The notes beneath the pieces are model-generated. The model made no database searches. It saw only the letters and a program-made list of their open reading frames with translations, and was not told the origin of the DNA. Shown piece by piece: positions 26,799 to 36,762 of a stretch of DNA of 64,000 nt; position 1 is the first letter of the stretch, and every line of letters starts with the position of its first letter. Origin of the DNA: a virus (lineage: Duplodnaviria > Caudoviricetes); IMG/VR virus record IMGVR_UViG_3300046820_001270, positions 192,001 through 256,000 of that record; one strand, given 5' to 3'. The position numbers and the translations under genes are program-made.

Positions 26799-27155
26799 AT
26801 GATAACATTATTTAAAGACCCATTTTTTAGAGGAATAGATACGAAGGGATTTCTATCTACTCCTGAAACTAACATCGAAAAAGATGAATTAGGATACACG
26901 GTATCCATAAGCGTTCCTGGTTTAACAAAGGAAGATCTAAAAATTTCCGTTAAAGAAGGTGTACTAAAAATTACCTATCAAAAAGAAGAAGGTGATATTA
27001 CAAGACACTTTATTGGAAGTTTTGTGAAATCCTATAATATTCCAGAAGATGTTAAAGAAAAAGATATCGAAGGTAAAGTGGAAAATGGTGTTCTAACTAT
27101 CTCATTACCAATTGATAAGAAGAAAAGTTTAGAAAGATTAATTTCTTTGAATTAA
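26799..27155 (+). CDS. Hsp20 small heat-shock protein
   Basis: VPGLTKEDLKISV...FVKSYNIP...GKVENGVLTISLP. Confidence 0.92.
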   Translation: MITLFKDPFFRGIDTKGFLSTPETNIEKDELGYTVSISVPGLTKEDLKISVKEGVLKITYQKEEGDITRHFIGSFVKSYNIPEDVKEKDIEGKVENGVLTISLPIDKKKSLERLISLN

Positions 27156-27223
27156 AATATTTCCTCTAAAATTTTTTTTTACGGATATATTTGTGTAGAT
27201 TTATAATATAAAATTTATACACC

Positions 27224-27475
27224 ATGTCAGTAAAAAAAGAAAAAATCAACGGTAAGATGATTGAGGTATCAATCAAGTCAACAAGTTTAAACAAAGCAAC
27301 TTACGATGCTTTAAAAGAAAACTTGAGAGTATCTTTTGTAAATGGAGGCATTTACGAATATCAAGGGGTACCTTCTAAAACTTTTACACAGTTTAGATTG
27401 GCTAAATCACAAGGTAAGTTCTTAAACGAAAGTATCGCTAAGACTTACAAATACAAAAAAGTTAGAACTATCTAA
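27224..27475 (+). CDS. KTSC domain protein 1
   Basis: STSLNKATYD...LRVSFVNGGIYEYQGVP...SQGKFLNESI. Confidence 0.88.
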   Translation: MSVKKEKINGKMIEVSIKSTSLNKATYDALKENLRVSFVNGGIYEYQGVPSKTFTQFRLAKSQGKFLNESIAKTYKYKKVRTI

Positions 27476-27482
27476 TTAAACT

Positions 27483-27513
27483 TAAACCCCTCTAAATGAG
27501 GGGTTTATTTTTT
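27483..27513 (+). terminator. Intrinsic terminator
   Basis: AAACCCCTC-taaat-GAGGGGTTT-ATTTTT. Confidence 0.8.
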
Positions 27514-27548
27514 GGTATTTATTAACTATAATATATAAACAATATAAT

Positions 27549-27794
27549 ATGGGAATAATATCAGAAAAAATTGATGGTAAACTTATTACTGTCGTTGTCC
27601 AATCATCCAATCTTAAAGAAGCTACTTACAATACCGAAACAGAAGATTTGACCGTTATATTCAATAACGGAAGTATTTATGAGTATAATAAAGTTCCTTG
27701 GTCTAAGTTCACCAAATTTAGGTTAGCCGAATCTCAAGGAAAACACTTTAACGAAAACATCGCTAAAGCACATAAGTACACAAAAAAAGGATGA
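27549..27794 (+). CDS. KTSC domain protein 2
   Basis: SSNLKEATYN...LTVIFNNGSIYEYNKVP...SQGKHFNENI. Confidence 0.88.
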   Translation: MGIISEKIDGKLITVVVQSSNLKEATYNTETEDLTVIFNNGSIYEYNKVPWSKFTKFRLAESQGKHFNENIAKAHKYTKKG

Positions 27795-28543
27795 GTTTAT
27801 TTGAAGAACTTATTGAGGGTAAAAAGAAAGACAAACAAATTGTAAAATCTTTCGAGACAAAAGAAACTTTATCTAATCAAATTTTTGAGGAGAAGAAGGG
27901 TCATTTTGTTATGCGTGATGAAATTAAAAAAAGACTTCTTGAGGTATCTAATAATTTTATTGAGAGTTTGGGAGTTGAATTTTTTATTCATGACATCGTT
28001 CTTACAGGTTCATTGGCGAATTATAATTGGTCTCAATATTCAGATGTTGATTTACATATCCTTATCGATTTTGAAGAATCCAAGTATGAAATGGATATTT
28101 TAAAGGAGTTTTTTGATGCGAAGAAAAACGTATGGAATGAAAAACATGACATTAAAATAAAGGGTTATGACGTTGAAGTTTACGTACAGGACGTAAACGA
28201 GGAACATATTTCATCAGGTGTATATTCAATACTACATAATAAATGGGAAATTGAACCTGAAAAAGATAATCCAAATATTGACGATAGAAAGATATTGGAA
28301 AAGGGAGAAGAGTTTGGTAAAAAAATAGATCATTTATTACAAAACCCTAAAGAGATTACAATTGACCAACTTGAGGATCTTAGAAAGAAGATAAAAGAGT
28401 TTAGACAGAGTGGTTTAGAATCTGGAGGGGAGTATTCTTATGAAAACCTTACGTTCAAATTATTGAGAAGAAACGGATATATCCAAAAACTTTTAAAACT
28501 AAAAACACAACTGACGGATAAGAAATTGTCCATAACACAATAA
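27791..28543 (+). CDS. Pol-beta superfamily nucleotidyltransferase
   Basis: LTGSLANYNWSQYSDVDLHIL; third acidic residue in VEVYVQ. Confidence 0.85.
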   Translation: MSLFEELIEGKKKDKQIVKSFETKETLSNQIFEEKKGHFVMRDEIKKRLLEVSNNFIESLGVEFFIHDIVLTGSLANYNWSQYSDVDLHILIDFEESKYEMDILKEFFDAKKNVWNEKHDIKIKGYDVEVYVQDVNEEHISSGVYSILHNKWEIEPEKDNPNIDDRKILEKGEEFGKKIDHLLQNPKEITIDQLEDLRKKIKEFRQSGLESGGEYSYENLTFKLLRRNGYIQKLLKLKTQLTDKKLSITQ

Positions 28544-28614
28544 TTATACCTAATTTTTCTATATATCTATGTATTTATAGGATAAGAATAAGTATATCTT
28601 AACAAATTTAAAAA

Positions 28615-29592
28615 ATGGGAGATTTAAAACCACTAGGAAGTGAAAAATTAAACGGGAATGACAAGTTAAAAAGAATTCTCGAATTAACATACTTCAACAG
28701 CAATAAAAATAATAGTCGTTCTTCGAGTAAACCCGAATTAGTGAAAGAATCTAAAAACGGGGGTGTATATGGTGTCGTTAAAGAAAAAGACGGTTACTAT
28801 GTAAAGAGAGGATTAAATGAATCATCACTAGATTATATCGGTGGAATGTTCATGAAGAACAAGAATAAGTTCTCTTCGTATGCCGAAGCGTTCAAACGAC
28901 TTGAGTTGTTGCAAGGACAAGAGGAATTACAGGAAGCGACAAAATATGTGTTAAAGCAAAACAAACCTCAACAAGAGGCTCCAATGCCAGAACCACAAAT
29001 GGATTTACCTCCAGCACCTGCGGCTGACGCATCAGGTGATGTTCCTCCTGCTTCTCCTGAAGGTGGTGAAGCTCCAATGGATGCTCCAACAGACGCTCCT
29101 CCTGCTGAAGGTGGTGATGACGCTGAAGATGAAAGTAAAAGATCGTCTTACATGGCTGAAGCTCAAAAATATGCTGGTAAATTAGGTCAAGAATTACGTG
29201 ATTTACATGATAGAATGGAAAGTGATGATATCAAATACATTTTAAACATGATCATATCTGCGGTTGATTTAGATAAATTATCTGATGAAGATATTGAAGA
29301 AATAGGTAAGAAATTTGAAAGAGAGGAAGAAGAAGGTGGAATGGGTTCTGAAGAACCAATGGGTGATGAACCATCTCCTGAAGAAGCTCCTTCTGATATG
29401 AATGAATATGATTCAATAGAGGCATTAGATGAGTTTGTTAACACTCCTATGGATACTGACGAAGTAAATTTGAGTAAGTATTCAATTAAAGAAGAAGGTG
29501 AAATAGGTGGTGAAGAAGATGATATTCAAGAATTAGATTTAGATGAAATAAAGACGGCGATTGGTGATACATTAAGCAAATATTTTAAATAA
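28615..29592 (+). CDS. Acidic hypothetical protein (possible head-associated)
   Basis: 325-aa ORF with Pro/Ala/Asp/Glu-rich linkers, preceded by TATTTATA. Confidence 0.75.
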   Translation: MGDLKPLGSEKLNGNDKLKRILELTYFNSNKNNSRSSSKPELVKESKNGGVYGVVKEKDGYYVKRGLNESSLDYIGGMFMKNKNKFSSYAEAFKRLELLQGQEELQEATKYVLKQNKPQQEAPMPEPQMDLPPAPAADASGDVPPASPEGGEAPMDAPTDAPPAEGGDDAEDESKRSSYMAEAQKYAGKLGQELRDLHDRMESDDIKYILNMIISAVDLDKLSDEDIEEIGKKFEREEEEGGMGSEEPMGDEPSPEEAPSDMNEYDSIEALDEFVNTPMDTDEVNLSKYSIKEEGEIGGEEDDIQELDLDEIKTAIGDTLSKYFK

Positions 29593-29595
29593 AAA

Positions 29596-29997
29596 ATGCA
29601 TCTAATATATGTCAATGAAATCGGGTCAGATTACAAAGGTCAAAAACAATACGAATTCGTATTCAGTCAGACCACTGAGATTGATATGGGTGACTGGTTC
29701 GTTATTCCTGCTTCGGCTTGCCAACGATCTAAATCGCCTGACATCGAATATGTTGATGTAGTTGGTTTATTAAAAGATACAGATTTACAATTAGAATTAG
29801 TTCAAGACTCCGATCATTTCGGAGTTATTGATGCTGTAGATGGTGTAATTTCAATGGCTTGGGAAAAGTTTGATTTTGAAAATACAGAACAAAGATTGAC
29901 ATTTAAATTTGGTGAACCAATAGAGAATGTAACAAAGAAATTAAAATCAAGAGGGTTTATCCTCTTAAAAGAAGAAATAAAATTCAAGGAATCATGA
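29596..29997 (+). CDS. Hypothetical protein
   Basis: 133-aa ORF coupled within the operon. Confidence 0.75.
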   Translation: MHLIYVNEIGSDYKGQKQYEFVFSQTTEIDMGDWFVIPASACQRSKSPDIEYVDVVGLLKDTDLQLELVQDSDHFGVIDAVDGVISMAWEKFDFENTEQRLTFKFGEPIENVTKKLKSRGFILLKEEIKFKES

Positions 29998-31631
29998 AAA
30001 GAACAGAATTAATCGGAAGACTTTTAAAAGAAGGGTTTTCAGAAAAAACATTAGTAAACTTTAGCGATAACCAATTAAAACAATTGGCTTCAAGAATATT
30101 ATCTGAAGAAGATTTGATGGTGTCTAAAAAAGATCCTCAATATCAACAAAAAGTAGCTGACGCTAAAAAACAAAATAAAACTATTGAAGCTTACGAAGAA
30201 CTTAAGGGAAACCAAAAAGTATTAGATAAGAATGACAATGGTAAAATTGATTCCGATGATTTTGCTATTTTAAATAAAGAAAAGAAAGGTGAAGTTAAAG
30301 AAGGTATATTCGGTGGAAAACACAAAAAAGTTAGTACCATCAAACATGACGGACATGAAATAGATGTTTTTTCAAAAGACGATAAAAAGGTATACGGACA
30401 TCCAAGAAAAGAAGGTTCAAAAAATCAAAACGATAAAGAACGTTTAGTATATAATGATTTAGAAAGTTTGAAAAAATCTGTGAGTTCTATGGGTAAAGGA
30501 GAAAAGAATGTAAATTTCCCAAAATCTAAAAAAATTAGTAATCCTGATTATAAATCAACAGTTGTAGATATTAACGAAGTTGATATGGGATTAACCATAA
30601 AAGGTTCAAAATCAAGTAGTTCATCTGTATTTGGTGGAGTACCTAAAAAATCAAGTTCTCCTAAAAAGAAACCTACACCTAAGAAAAAAGAAATGGGAGA
30701 AGAAGGTGAAGTGGATGAATCTTTACATGGTATTATGATTGGAGCAACTAAAGAAAAATTAAAGAAAGATTTAGGTAGAGATCCTAAAGATCATGAAGTG
30801 GAAAAAGAACTTGAAAAATTTGTTGATAGTTGGAAAAAAGATAACGAGTCGAAAGAAAAAAAGGGAAAAAATCCCTATAATCCAGGGAAACCACCTAGTC
30901 CAGATTTTAATGGTTATAATAAGAGAAAAGAAAAGAAAGAAGGTGAAGTAGAAGAGGGTGATTATCACAATGAAAGAAGTGAAAAGGCATTAGAGAAATC
31001 AAAAGAAGATTTCCCACAACTTAAAAACGTTAAAAAATGTAAAGAGTGTGGAAAGGTAGAGTCTAAGTGTAAGTGTGAAAAAGAAGAAGAAGTGGATGAG
31101 TTATTACGTTTTTATGATGATGACGGAAACCCAATAAAAAATAAAAAAGGTGAACAAGACGCGGTTTCTACAAAGGATAAAAACTTTAAAAAGAAAACCA
31201 AAAGTAAGAAATGTTCAGATTGTGGGGAAGATACAAAAGATTGTAAATGTGATCACAGTCATTTAGATGAAAATAAAACAATAAAAAATTGGGTTAAAAG
31301 TTTGGTAGAAAACAAAGAATTTCATAGCTTTACGTCTAAAAACGAAATTATGGAACTTATCCAAACTAAACTTACTGAGTCTGAAACAATGACACACGAA
31401 TTTGGTCCTAAAGTTAAAAAAGGACATAACGGTATTCCTGAGTTTATGACTTATGACGCGATTACAAGTGCAGAACCAAAAACAGCACCAAGTAAACCAG
31501 AACCATCAACTAAACCTGGAACAAGACCAACACCAACAAGAAGAGAAGACCCAAGAAAAACTCCTTTTCAACCTGGACCAGGAACAAACCCTAAACCAAA
31601 GGCTAAAATAGCTGAGGAGAAAAAAAAGTAA
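29994..31631 (+). CDS. Lys/Glu-rich protein with EF-hand-like loop and two Cys4 clusters
   Basis: DKNDNGKIDSDDF; CKECGKVESKCKC; CSDCGEDTKDCKC. Confidence 0.75.
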   Translation: MKRTELIGRLLKEGFSEKTLVNFSDNQLKQLASRILSEEDLMVSKKDPQYQQKVADAKKQNKTIEAYEELKGNQKVLDKNDNGKIDSDDFAILNKEKKGEVKEGIFGGKHKKVSTIKHDGHEIDVFSKDDKKVYGHPRKEGSKNQNDKERLVYNDLESLKKSVSSMGKGEKNVNFPKSKKISNPDYKSTVVDINEVDMGLTIKGSKSSSSSVFGGVPKKSSSPKKKPTPKKKEMGEEGEVDESLHGIMIGATKEKLKKDLGRDPKDHEVEKELEKFVDSWKKDNESKEKKGKNPYNPGKPPSPDFNGYNKRKEKKEGEVEEGDYHNERSEKALEKSKEDFPQLKNVKKCKECGKVESKCKCEKEEEVDELLRFYDDDGNPIKNKKGEQDAVSTKDKNFKKKTKSKKCSDCGEDTKDCKCDHSHLDENKTIKNWVKSLVENKEFHSFTSKNEIMELIQTKLTESETMTHEFGPKVKKGHNGIPEFMTYDAITSAEPKTAPSKPEPSTKPGTRPTPTRREDPRKTPFQPGPGTNPKPKAKIAEEKKK

Positions 31632-31637
31632 GTTAAA

Positions 31638-33038
31638 ATGCAATTTTCTAAGAAAAAACTCTTATCTTTAATTCAAGAAAATTTGAATGAAATGCCAATG
31701 GATTTTGATAGTCAGGATAGACCTGACCAAGGAGTACAAGATGACTTAGCTGCGGGAGAAACCCCGTTGAAAAAGATACCTTTCCCACAAACAGGGGATG
31801 AACCTAACAAGAACTTCCAAGAACTATTAGCTTCAGAAAGATATAGACAAGTTGTTGCTAAAATGAGACAATATACCGGTACAAATGCTACTATTAGAGG
31901 TACACAAGGTATGACCCCATTGATGCAACAAATGATGAGTGCTCACAACCAAATCTTACAGTTTGAACAAAACCACAGAGGAGAATTAGAAGCGTTAGCG
32001 ATTGAATTAGTTATGAAGGAATTAGGTATTCCTGAAGGGTCAGTTCAATATGATGCAAAAATTATTGGTATGGGGGAATTCAACCCTGAAGATTTTAATC
32101 ACGACCAAGAAGGTGAAGAAGAAGGTGGTGAAGAAGAAGGTGGTGAAGAAGAAATGAATTTTGGTAACGAAATTGAAATCGTTAATGATTTAGAAAAACT
32201 TGACTTAGAAAAGGCAAAAAGAAGATTTATAAATACAATTATACAAGGCGCTTCTAAAAGAGGTCATTACATGTATCATTATGCGGAAGAGAGAATTAGT
32301 CAAATTGTTGGTAACGACAGACTCATTGGACTTTATGGTATTATGATGTCTGTGAATGATGCATTATATTGGCAATTACCTAACGACACTATGAAAGCTA
32401 TGGGTCAGGCCGGTAATATTGCAGGTAGAGAAGATGTTGATAGACAAACAGATCCACCAACAGTTAAAGCGAGAGCGGTAAACTTCCCAGTTTTAATTCA
32501 TGAATTAATTAAAGGAACTTTAGAGTTAGTTGCAATTCAAGGAAGACCAAGAGATGAAGAAGGTAATGAAGAAGATTTTAGCGCCGTTGAAGATAGTGAA
32601 GACACATTAGAAAAAGAAATGTGGGATTTACGTTTAGGACCTGCAATTTGGGACAGAATTAGATCTAAATTCCCTGAAGATGTATTAACAGATGAAGATA
32701 AAGGAATTATCCAATTAATGGTATTTCAACATATATTTAAAAAACCAGCAAAGGAATTCTTAGTATTCATGAAAGAAATAGTTTCTAATACTGAAAATGG
32801 AAATCGTTTAATGGAAACATTGGTTCGTGCAATTGAAGAGGATATCAACAATTACGATTACGAACAAACAATGGCGGAATTTGACGAGGACTTAACAGGT
32901 ATTAGTGATGAAACAGATAACGATGAATTAAAAGATTTTATATTAGGTATTCCTGGCGTTTCATTGTCTAATGATGATGAAGAAGACGATGATGATAGTC
33001 TATTTGACGAGTTAGGGTTAGACAGACCTACGAAATAA
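31638..33038 (+). CDS. Conserved-looking hypothetical phage protein
   Basis: 466-aa helical ORF upstream of the terminase. Confidence 0.75.
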   Translation: MQFSKKKLLSLIQENLNEMPMDFDSQDRPDQGVQDDLAAGETPLKKIPFPQTGDEPNKNFQELLASERYRQVVAKMRQYTGTNATIRGTQGMTPLMQQMMSAHNQILQFEQNHRGELEALAIELVMKELGIPEGSVQYDAKIIGMGEFNPEDFNHDQEGEEEGGEEEGGEEEMNFGNEIEIVNDLEKLDLEKAKRRFINTIIQGASKRGHYMYHYAEERISQIVGNDRLIGLYGIMMSVNDALYWQLPNDTMKAMGQAGNIAGREDVDRQTDPPTVKARAVNFPVLIHELIKGTLELVAIQGRPRDEEGNEEDFSAVEDSEDTLEKEMWDLRLGPAIWDRIRSKFPEDVLTDEDKGIIQLMVFQHIFKKPAKEFLVFMKEIVSNTENGNRLMETLVRAIEEDINNYDYEQTMAEFDEDLTGISDETDNDELKDFILGIPGVSLSNDDEEDDDDSLFDELGLDRPTK

Positions 33039-33042
33039 TATA

Positions 33043-33071
33043 AAGGTGGTTTACAATAACCACCTTTTTTT
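33043..33071 (+). terminator. Intrinsic terminator
   Basis: AAAGGTGGTT-tacaat-AACCACCTTT-TTTT. Confidence 0.85.
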
Positions 33072-33085
33072 GTATTTATACATAT

Positions 33086-34867
33086 ATGAATACTAGGACA
33101 CAACAGTTAATGGAATATGCGAAGATCATAAAAGATACTCCGTATGCACTTAGAACGTATTTACAAACATTCGATAATACACAGAAGAAGTATGTTCCAA
33201 TGGACTTGTTTGAAGATCAAATTCAACTAATTCAGGACTACGAAGACTACAACGAAAATATTACAAGAAAGTATAGACAAGCCGGTGTTACAACAGTAAC
33301 GGCAGCATGGTTATCAAAAAAATTACAATTAGCAAAACCCGATAATCCTGAGAGAGTCTTACTTATTGCAAACAAACGTGATACTGCGGTGGAGATGGCT
33401 AATAAGGTTAGACATTTCTTGGAACAATGGCCTGAATGGTTAAATGTTGGGTTCTCACCTGATAAAAACTCAGAAAGTAGATTTAGATTAAATAACGGTT
33501 GTGAGGTTAAGGCGGTCGCGACATCAGCGGATGCCCTTCGTGGTTATACACCTACGATACTTGTATTTGATGAGGCTGCATATATTGAAGCGGGAGATGA
33601 TTTTTGGGCGGCGTCTATGGCATCACTATCTACGGGTGGTAAGATTATTCTTATCTCCACTCCAAATGGTTATGACCCTATCTACTACGGTGTTTATGAC
33701 CAAGCATTACGAGGAATCAATGATTTCCATATCACAGATTTAAGATGGTTTAAAGACCCTCGTTATACTAAAGATTTACGTTGGATTAAATGTAAAGATA
33801 TCTGTCACTATATGTTAAATAGAGAACAGTATAATGATGATGAAGTCGTTTTATATGACTTTGACATGAAAGAATATCTTAAACTTATTGAAGATGGTTA
33901 TAAACCATTTTCATCTTGGTTTGAGTCTATGTCTAAGAAATTTAAATATGATAGACGTAAAATTGCTCAGGAGTTGGAATGTGATTTCTTAGGATCAGGA
34001 GATGGAGTTATTCCAAGTGATGTACAAGAAAACATAGCTAAAAACATGGTTAGAGAACCCATTGAAAAATATATGCAAGGTACATTTTGGCAATGGAAGG
34101 AACCAATTATAGGTCATCGTTATATTATGGGTGTGGACGTGAGTAGAGGTGATAGTGAAGATTTTTCTGCAATTTCAATTATTGATTTTGATGATAGAGA
34201 ACAAGTTGCCGAATATATAGGTAAAATACCTCCCGATGATTTAGCTGCTGTTGCATATAAATGGGCTATTCTATATGGTAATGCGTTTATAGTGACGGAT
34301 ATCACTGGAGGAATGGGGGTTGCAACGTCGAGAAAATTAACTGAGTTAAATTATAAGAACGTTTATGTTGAAGGGGTTAATACTCAAAACATTTGGGACT
34401 ATAATGCTAAGGCGATGGAGAAAATACCGGGACTTAACTTCAATAATAAAAGAACACAAATTGTTGCCGCATTTGAAGAACAACTTAGAAAAGGATTTAT
34501 TGTTAGATCCGCAAGATTATTAAATGAACTTAATACGTTTGTTTATTTAAACGGAAGACCTGATCACATGAAAGGTACTCATGATGATGCCATTATGGGA
34601 TTATCTATGGCATTATATTCCGCGGATATATCATTTAATCTTTTACAGAAAAATGAAAATGCTAACAAAGCAATGTTAGATTCTTGGACTATGACAGAAA
34701 GATCATATGAAACGAGTAAATCGTTTTATTCATATGGTACTGCATTTGATCAAATTGGTTCGATGGGTACGGATAATAATAACTTATATTATCAAGATAA
34801 TTCAATGAATGTTAGTAAACAAACATATCAAGAGAACTCGTGGTTATTTGGGGGTAGACGTAGATAA
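33086..34867 (+). CDS. terL: Terminase large subunit (T4 gp17-like)
   Basis: KYRQAGVTT, ILVFDEAAYI (Walker B), ISTPNG, QELECDF, MGVDVSRG, HDDAIM. Confidence 0.95.
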   Translation: MNTRTQQLMEYAKIIKDTPYALRTYLQTFDNTQKKYVPMDLFEDQIQLIQDYEDYNENITRKYRQAGVTTVTAAWLSKKLQLAKPDNPERVLLIANKRDTAVEMANKVRHFLEQWPEWLNVGFSPDKNSESRFRLNNGCEVKAVATSADALRGYTPTILVFDEAAYIEAGDDFWAASMASLSTGGKIILISTPNGYDPIYYGVYDQALRGINDFHITDLRWFKDPRYTKDLRWIKCKDICHYMLNREQYNDDEVVLYDFDMKEYLKLIEDGYKPFSSWFESMSKKFKYDRRKIAQELECDFLGSGDGVIPSDVQENIAKNMVREPIEKYMQGTFWQWKEPIIGHRYIMGVDVSRGDSEDFSAISIIDFDDREQVAEYIGKIPPDDLAAVAYKWAILYGNAFIVTDITGGMGVATSRKLTELNYKNVYVEGVNTQNIWDYNAKAMEKIPGLNFNNKRTQIVAAFEEQLRKGFIVRSARLLNELNTFVYLNGRPDHMKGTHDDAIMGLSMALYSADISFNLLQKNENANKAMLDSWTMTERSYETSKSFYSYGTAFDQIGSMGTDNNNLYYQDNSMNVSKQTYQENSWLFGGRRR

Positions 34868-34921
34868 CGTTTAGTTTATCATTATTTTAGTTTATATTAT
34901 AAAGAAAAGTATTTATATAGA

Positions 34922-36760
34922 ATGGCAAATCAAAATTTAACTGTATTTCAGAAATTAACAAAGATGTTTGGTTATCCAGGGAAACCTCAAGTAACACAGG
35001 CACCTACCTTTAATTTCAGTAAAGATGAATTACTAAAAACAGACAGTAGAGAAGAATATGAAAAAGCAATGTTACAGGCTCAACAGAGTCAATACATTGC
35101 CGATAAATGGACTAAATTAGATCAGTCTCTTTATAACCAATCGGTTTATTATGAACCAAATAGATTGGCCGCTTATTACGATTACGAAGCTATGGAGTTT
35201 ACTCCTGAGATATCAGCAGCATTAGACATATATGCGGAAGAGTCTACTACAATGTCAGAAAAAGGTCAAATTTTAACGATCTATTCTGAGTCAGATAGAA
35301 TTAAAGAAATATTAGAGGATCTCTTTAACAATAGATTAGACGTAAATACTAACTTACAAATGTGGACAAGAGGTGTTTGTAAGTATGGTGATAATTTTGT
35401 TTATTTAAAGTTAGATCCTGAGAAAGGTATTGTTGGATGTCAACAATTACCAAATATTGAAATTGAAAGATTGGAAGGTGCCGCGGGTAAAACTACAACA
35501 CAGAATAAAGATTTAAAAGTTCCGTCAAGAGAATTACGTTTCCAATGGAAGAACAAAGATTTGGAATTCCAAGCATGGGAGATTGCTCATTTTAGATTAT
35601 TAGGTGACGATAGAAAATTACCATACGGTACTTCAATGTTAGATAAGATTAGAAGAATTTGGAAACAACTTTTACTTGCGGAAGATGCCATGTTGATTTA
35701 TAGAACATCGAGAGCACCCGAAAGGCGTGTATTCAAAGTGTTTGTTGGTAATATGGATGATAAAGATATTGAATCTTATGTACAACGTGTTGCAAACAAA
35801 TTTAAAAGAGATCAAATTTCTGATCCACGAAACGGTCAAGTTGATATGAGATATAATCAAATGGCAGTTGATCAGGATTATTTTATTCCTGTTCGTGATC
35901 CATCACAAACAAACCCAATTGAAACTTTACCAGGTGCGCAAAATTTAGGTGAGATTGCCGATATTGAATATATCCAAAAGAAAATGTTAGCCGCATTACG
36001 TATCCCTAAAGCATTCTTAGGATTTGAAGAAGTTGTTGGTGAAGGTAAGAGTTTAGCATTAATGGATATTCGTTTCGCAAGAACAATCAACAGAATTCAA
36101 AAATCTGTTATTCAAGAGTTAAATAAAATTGCATTAATCCAATTATACCTTTTGGGTATGGAGGATGAATTAAATAATTTCTCATTGTCATTAACTAACC
36201 CATCAGCACAATCTGATTTGTTACGTATTGAACAATGGAAAGAGAAAGTTACACTTTACAAAGATGCAACATCGGATCAATCACAAGTGGGTATCTTACC
36301 TGTGTCTCATACATGGGCTAAGAAGAATATCCTTGGATTTAGTGATAGTGAAGTTATGTTGGATTTACAACAACAACGTTTAGAACGTGCATTAGGATTT
36401 GAATTAACAAATACTCAGAATGTTATTAAACGTTCAGGTGTGTTTGATGAAGTAGATGCTAAGTATGGTATTCCTGAAGAAGATAGAGAAAAGGCAATGG
36501 AAGCCGCGGGTGGAGCTGAAGGAGGAGGAATGGATATGGGTGGAGGAGGAATGGATATGGGTGGAGCACCACCGCCACCATCAGGTGGAGGAGAGGCACC
36601 ATTGAGTGAATCAACATTACAAAGAAAATCTAAAAAATCTAAGATTTTAAGTATGTTGGGAGAAGAAAAAGAAGATTTTAATATTCTATTTGATATGGAA
36701 AAGGCTCAACAGAATATTTATGAAATAGAGACGAAAATAAATGATATGTTAAACGATTAA
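34922..36760 (+). CDS. Portal protein (T4 gp20-like)
   Basis: PEISAALDIYAEE, PYGTSMLD, EDAMLIYRTSRAPERRVF, DYFIPVR, IETLPGAQNL. Confidence 0.95.
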   Translation: MANQNLTVFQKLTKMFGYPGKPQVTQAPTFNFSKDELLKTDSREEYEKAMLQAQQSQYIADKWTKLDQSLYNQSVYYEPNRLAAYYDYEAMEFTPEISAALDIYAEESTTMSEKGQILTIYSESDRIKEILEDLFNNRLDVNTNLQMWTRGVCKYGDNFVYLKLDPEKGIVGCQQLPNIEIERLEGAAGKTTTQNKDLKVPSRELRFQWKNKDLEFQAWEIAHFRLLGDDRKLPYGTSMLDKIRRIWKQLLLAEDAMLIYRTSRAPERRVFKVFVGNMDDKDIESYVQRVANKFKRDQISDPRNGQVDMRYNQMAVDQDYFIPVRDPSQTNPIETLPGAQNLGEIADIEYIQKKMLAALRIPKAFLGFEEVVGEGKSLALMDIRFARTINRIQKSVIQELNKIALIQLYLLGMEDELNNFSLSLTNPSAQSDLLRIEQWKEKVTLYKDATSDQSQVGILPVSHTWAKKNILGFSDSEVMLDLQQQRLERALGFELTNTQNVIKRSGVFDEVDAKYGIPEEDREKAMEAAGGAEGGGMDMGGGGMDMGGAPPPPSGGGEAPLSESTLQRKSKKSKILSMLGEEKEDFNILFDMEKAQQNIYEIETKINDMLND

Positions 36761-36762
36761 AA

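Noticed and set aside
33260-33300. Terminase Walker A lacking Lys (RQAGVTT)
   Set aside because: RQxG(I/V/F)(S/T) variants are common in large terminases; not evidence of inactivation.
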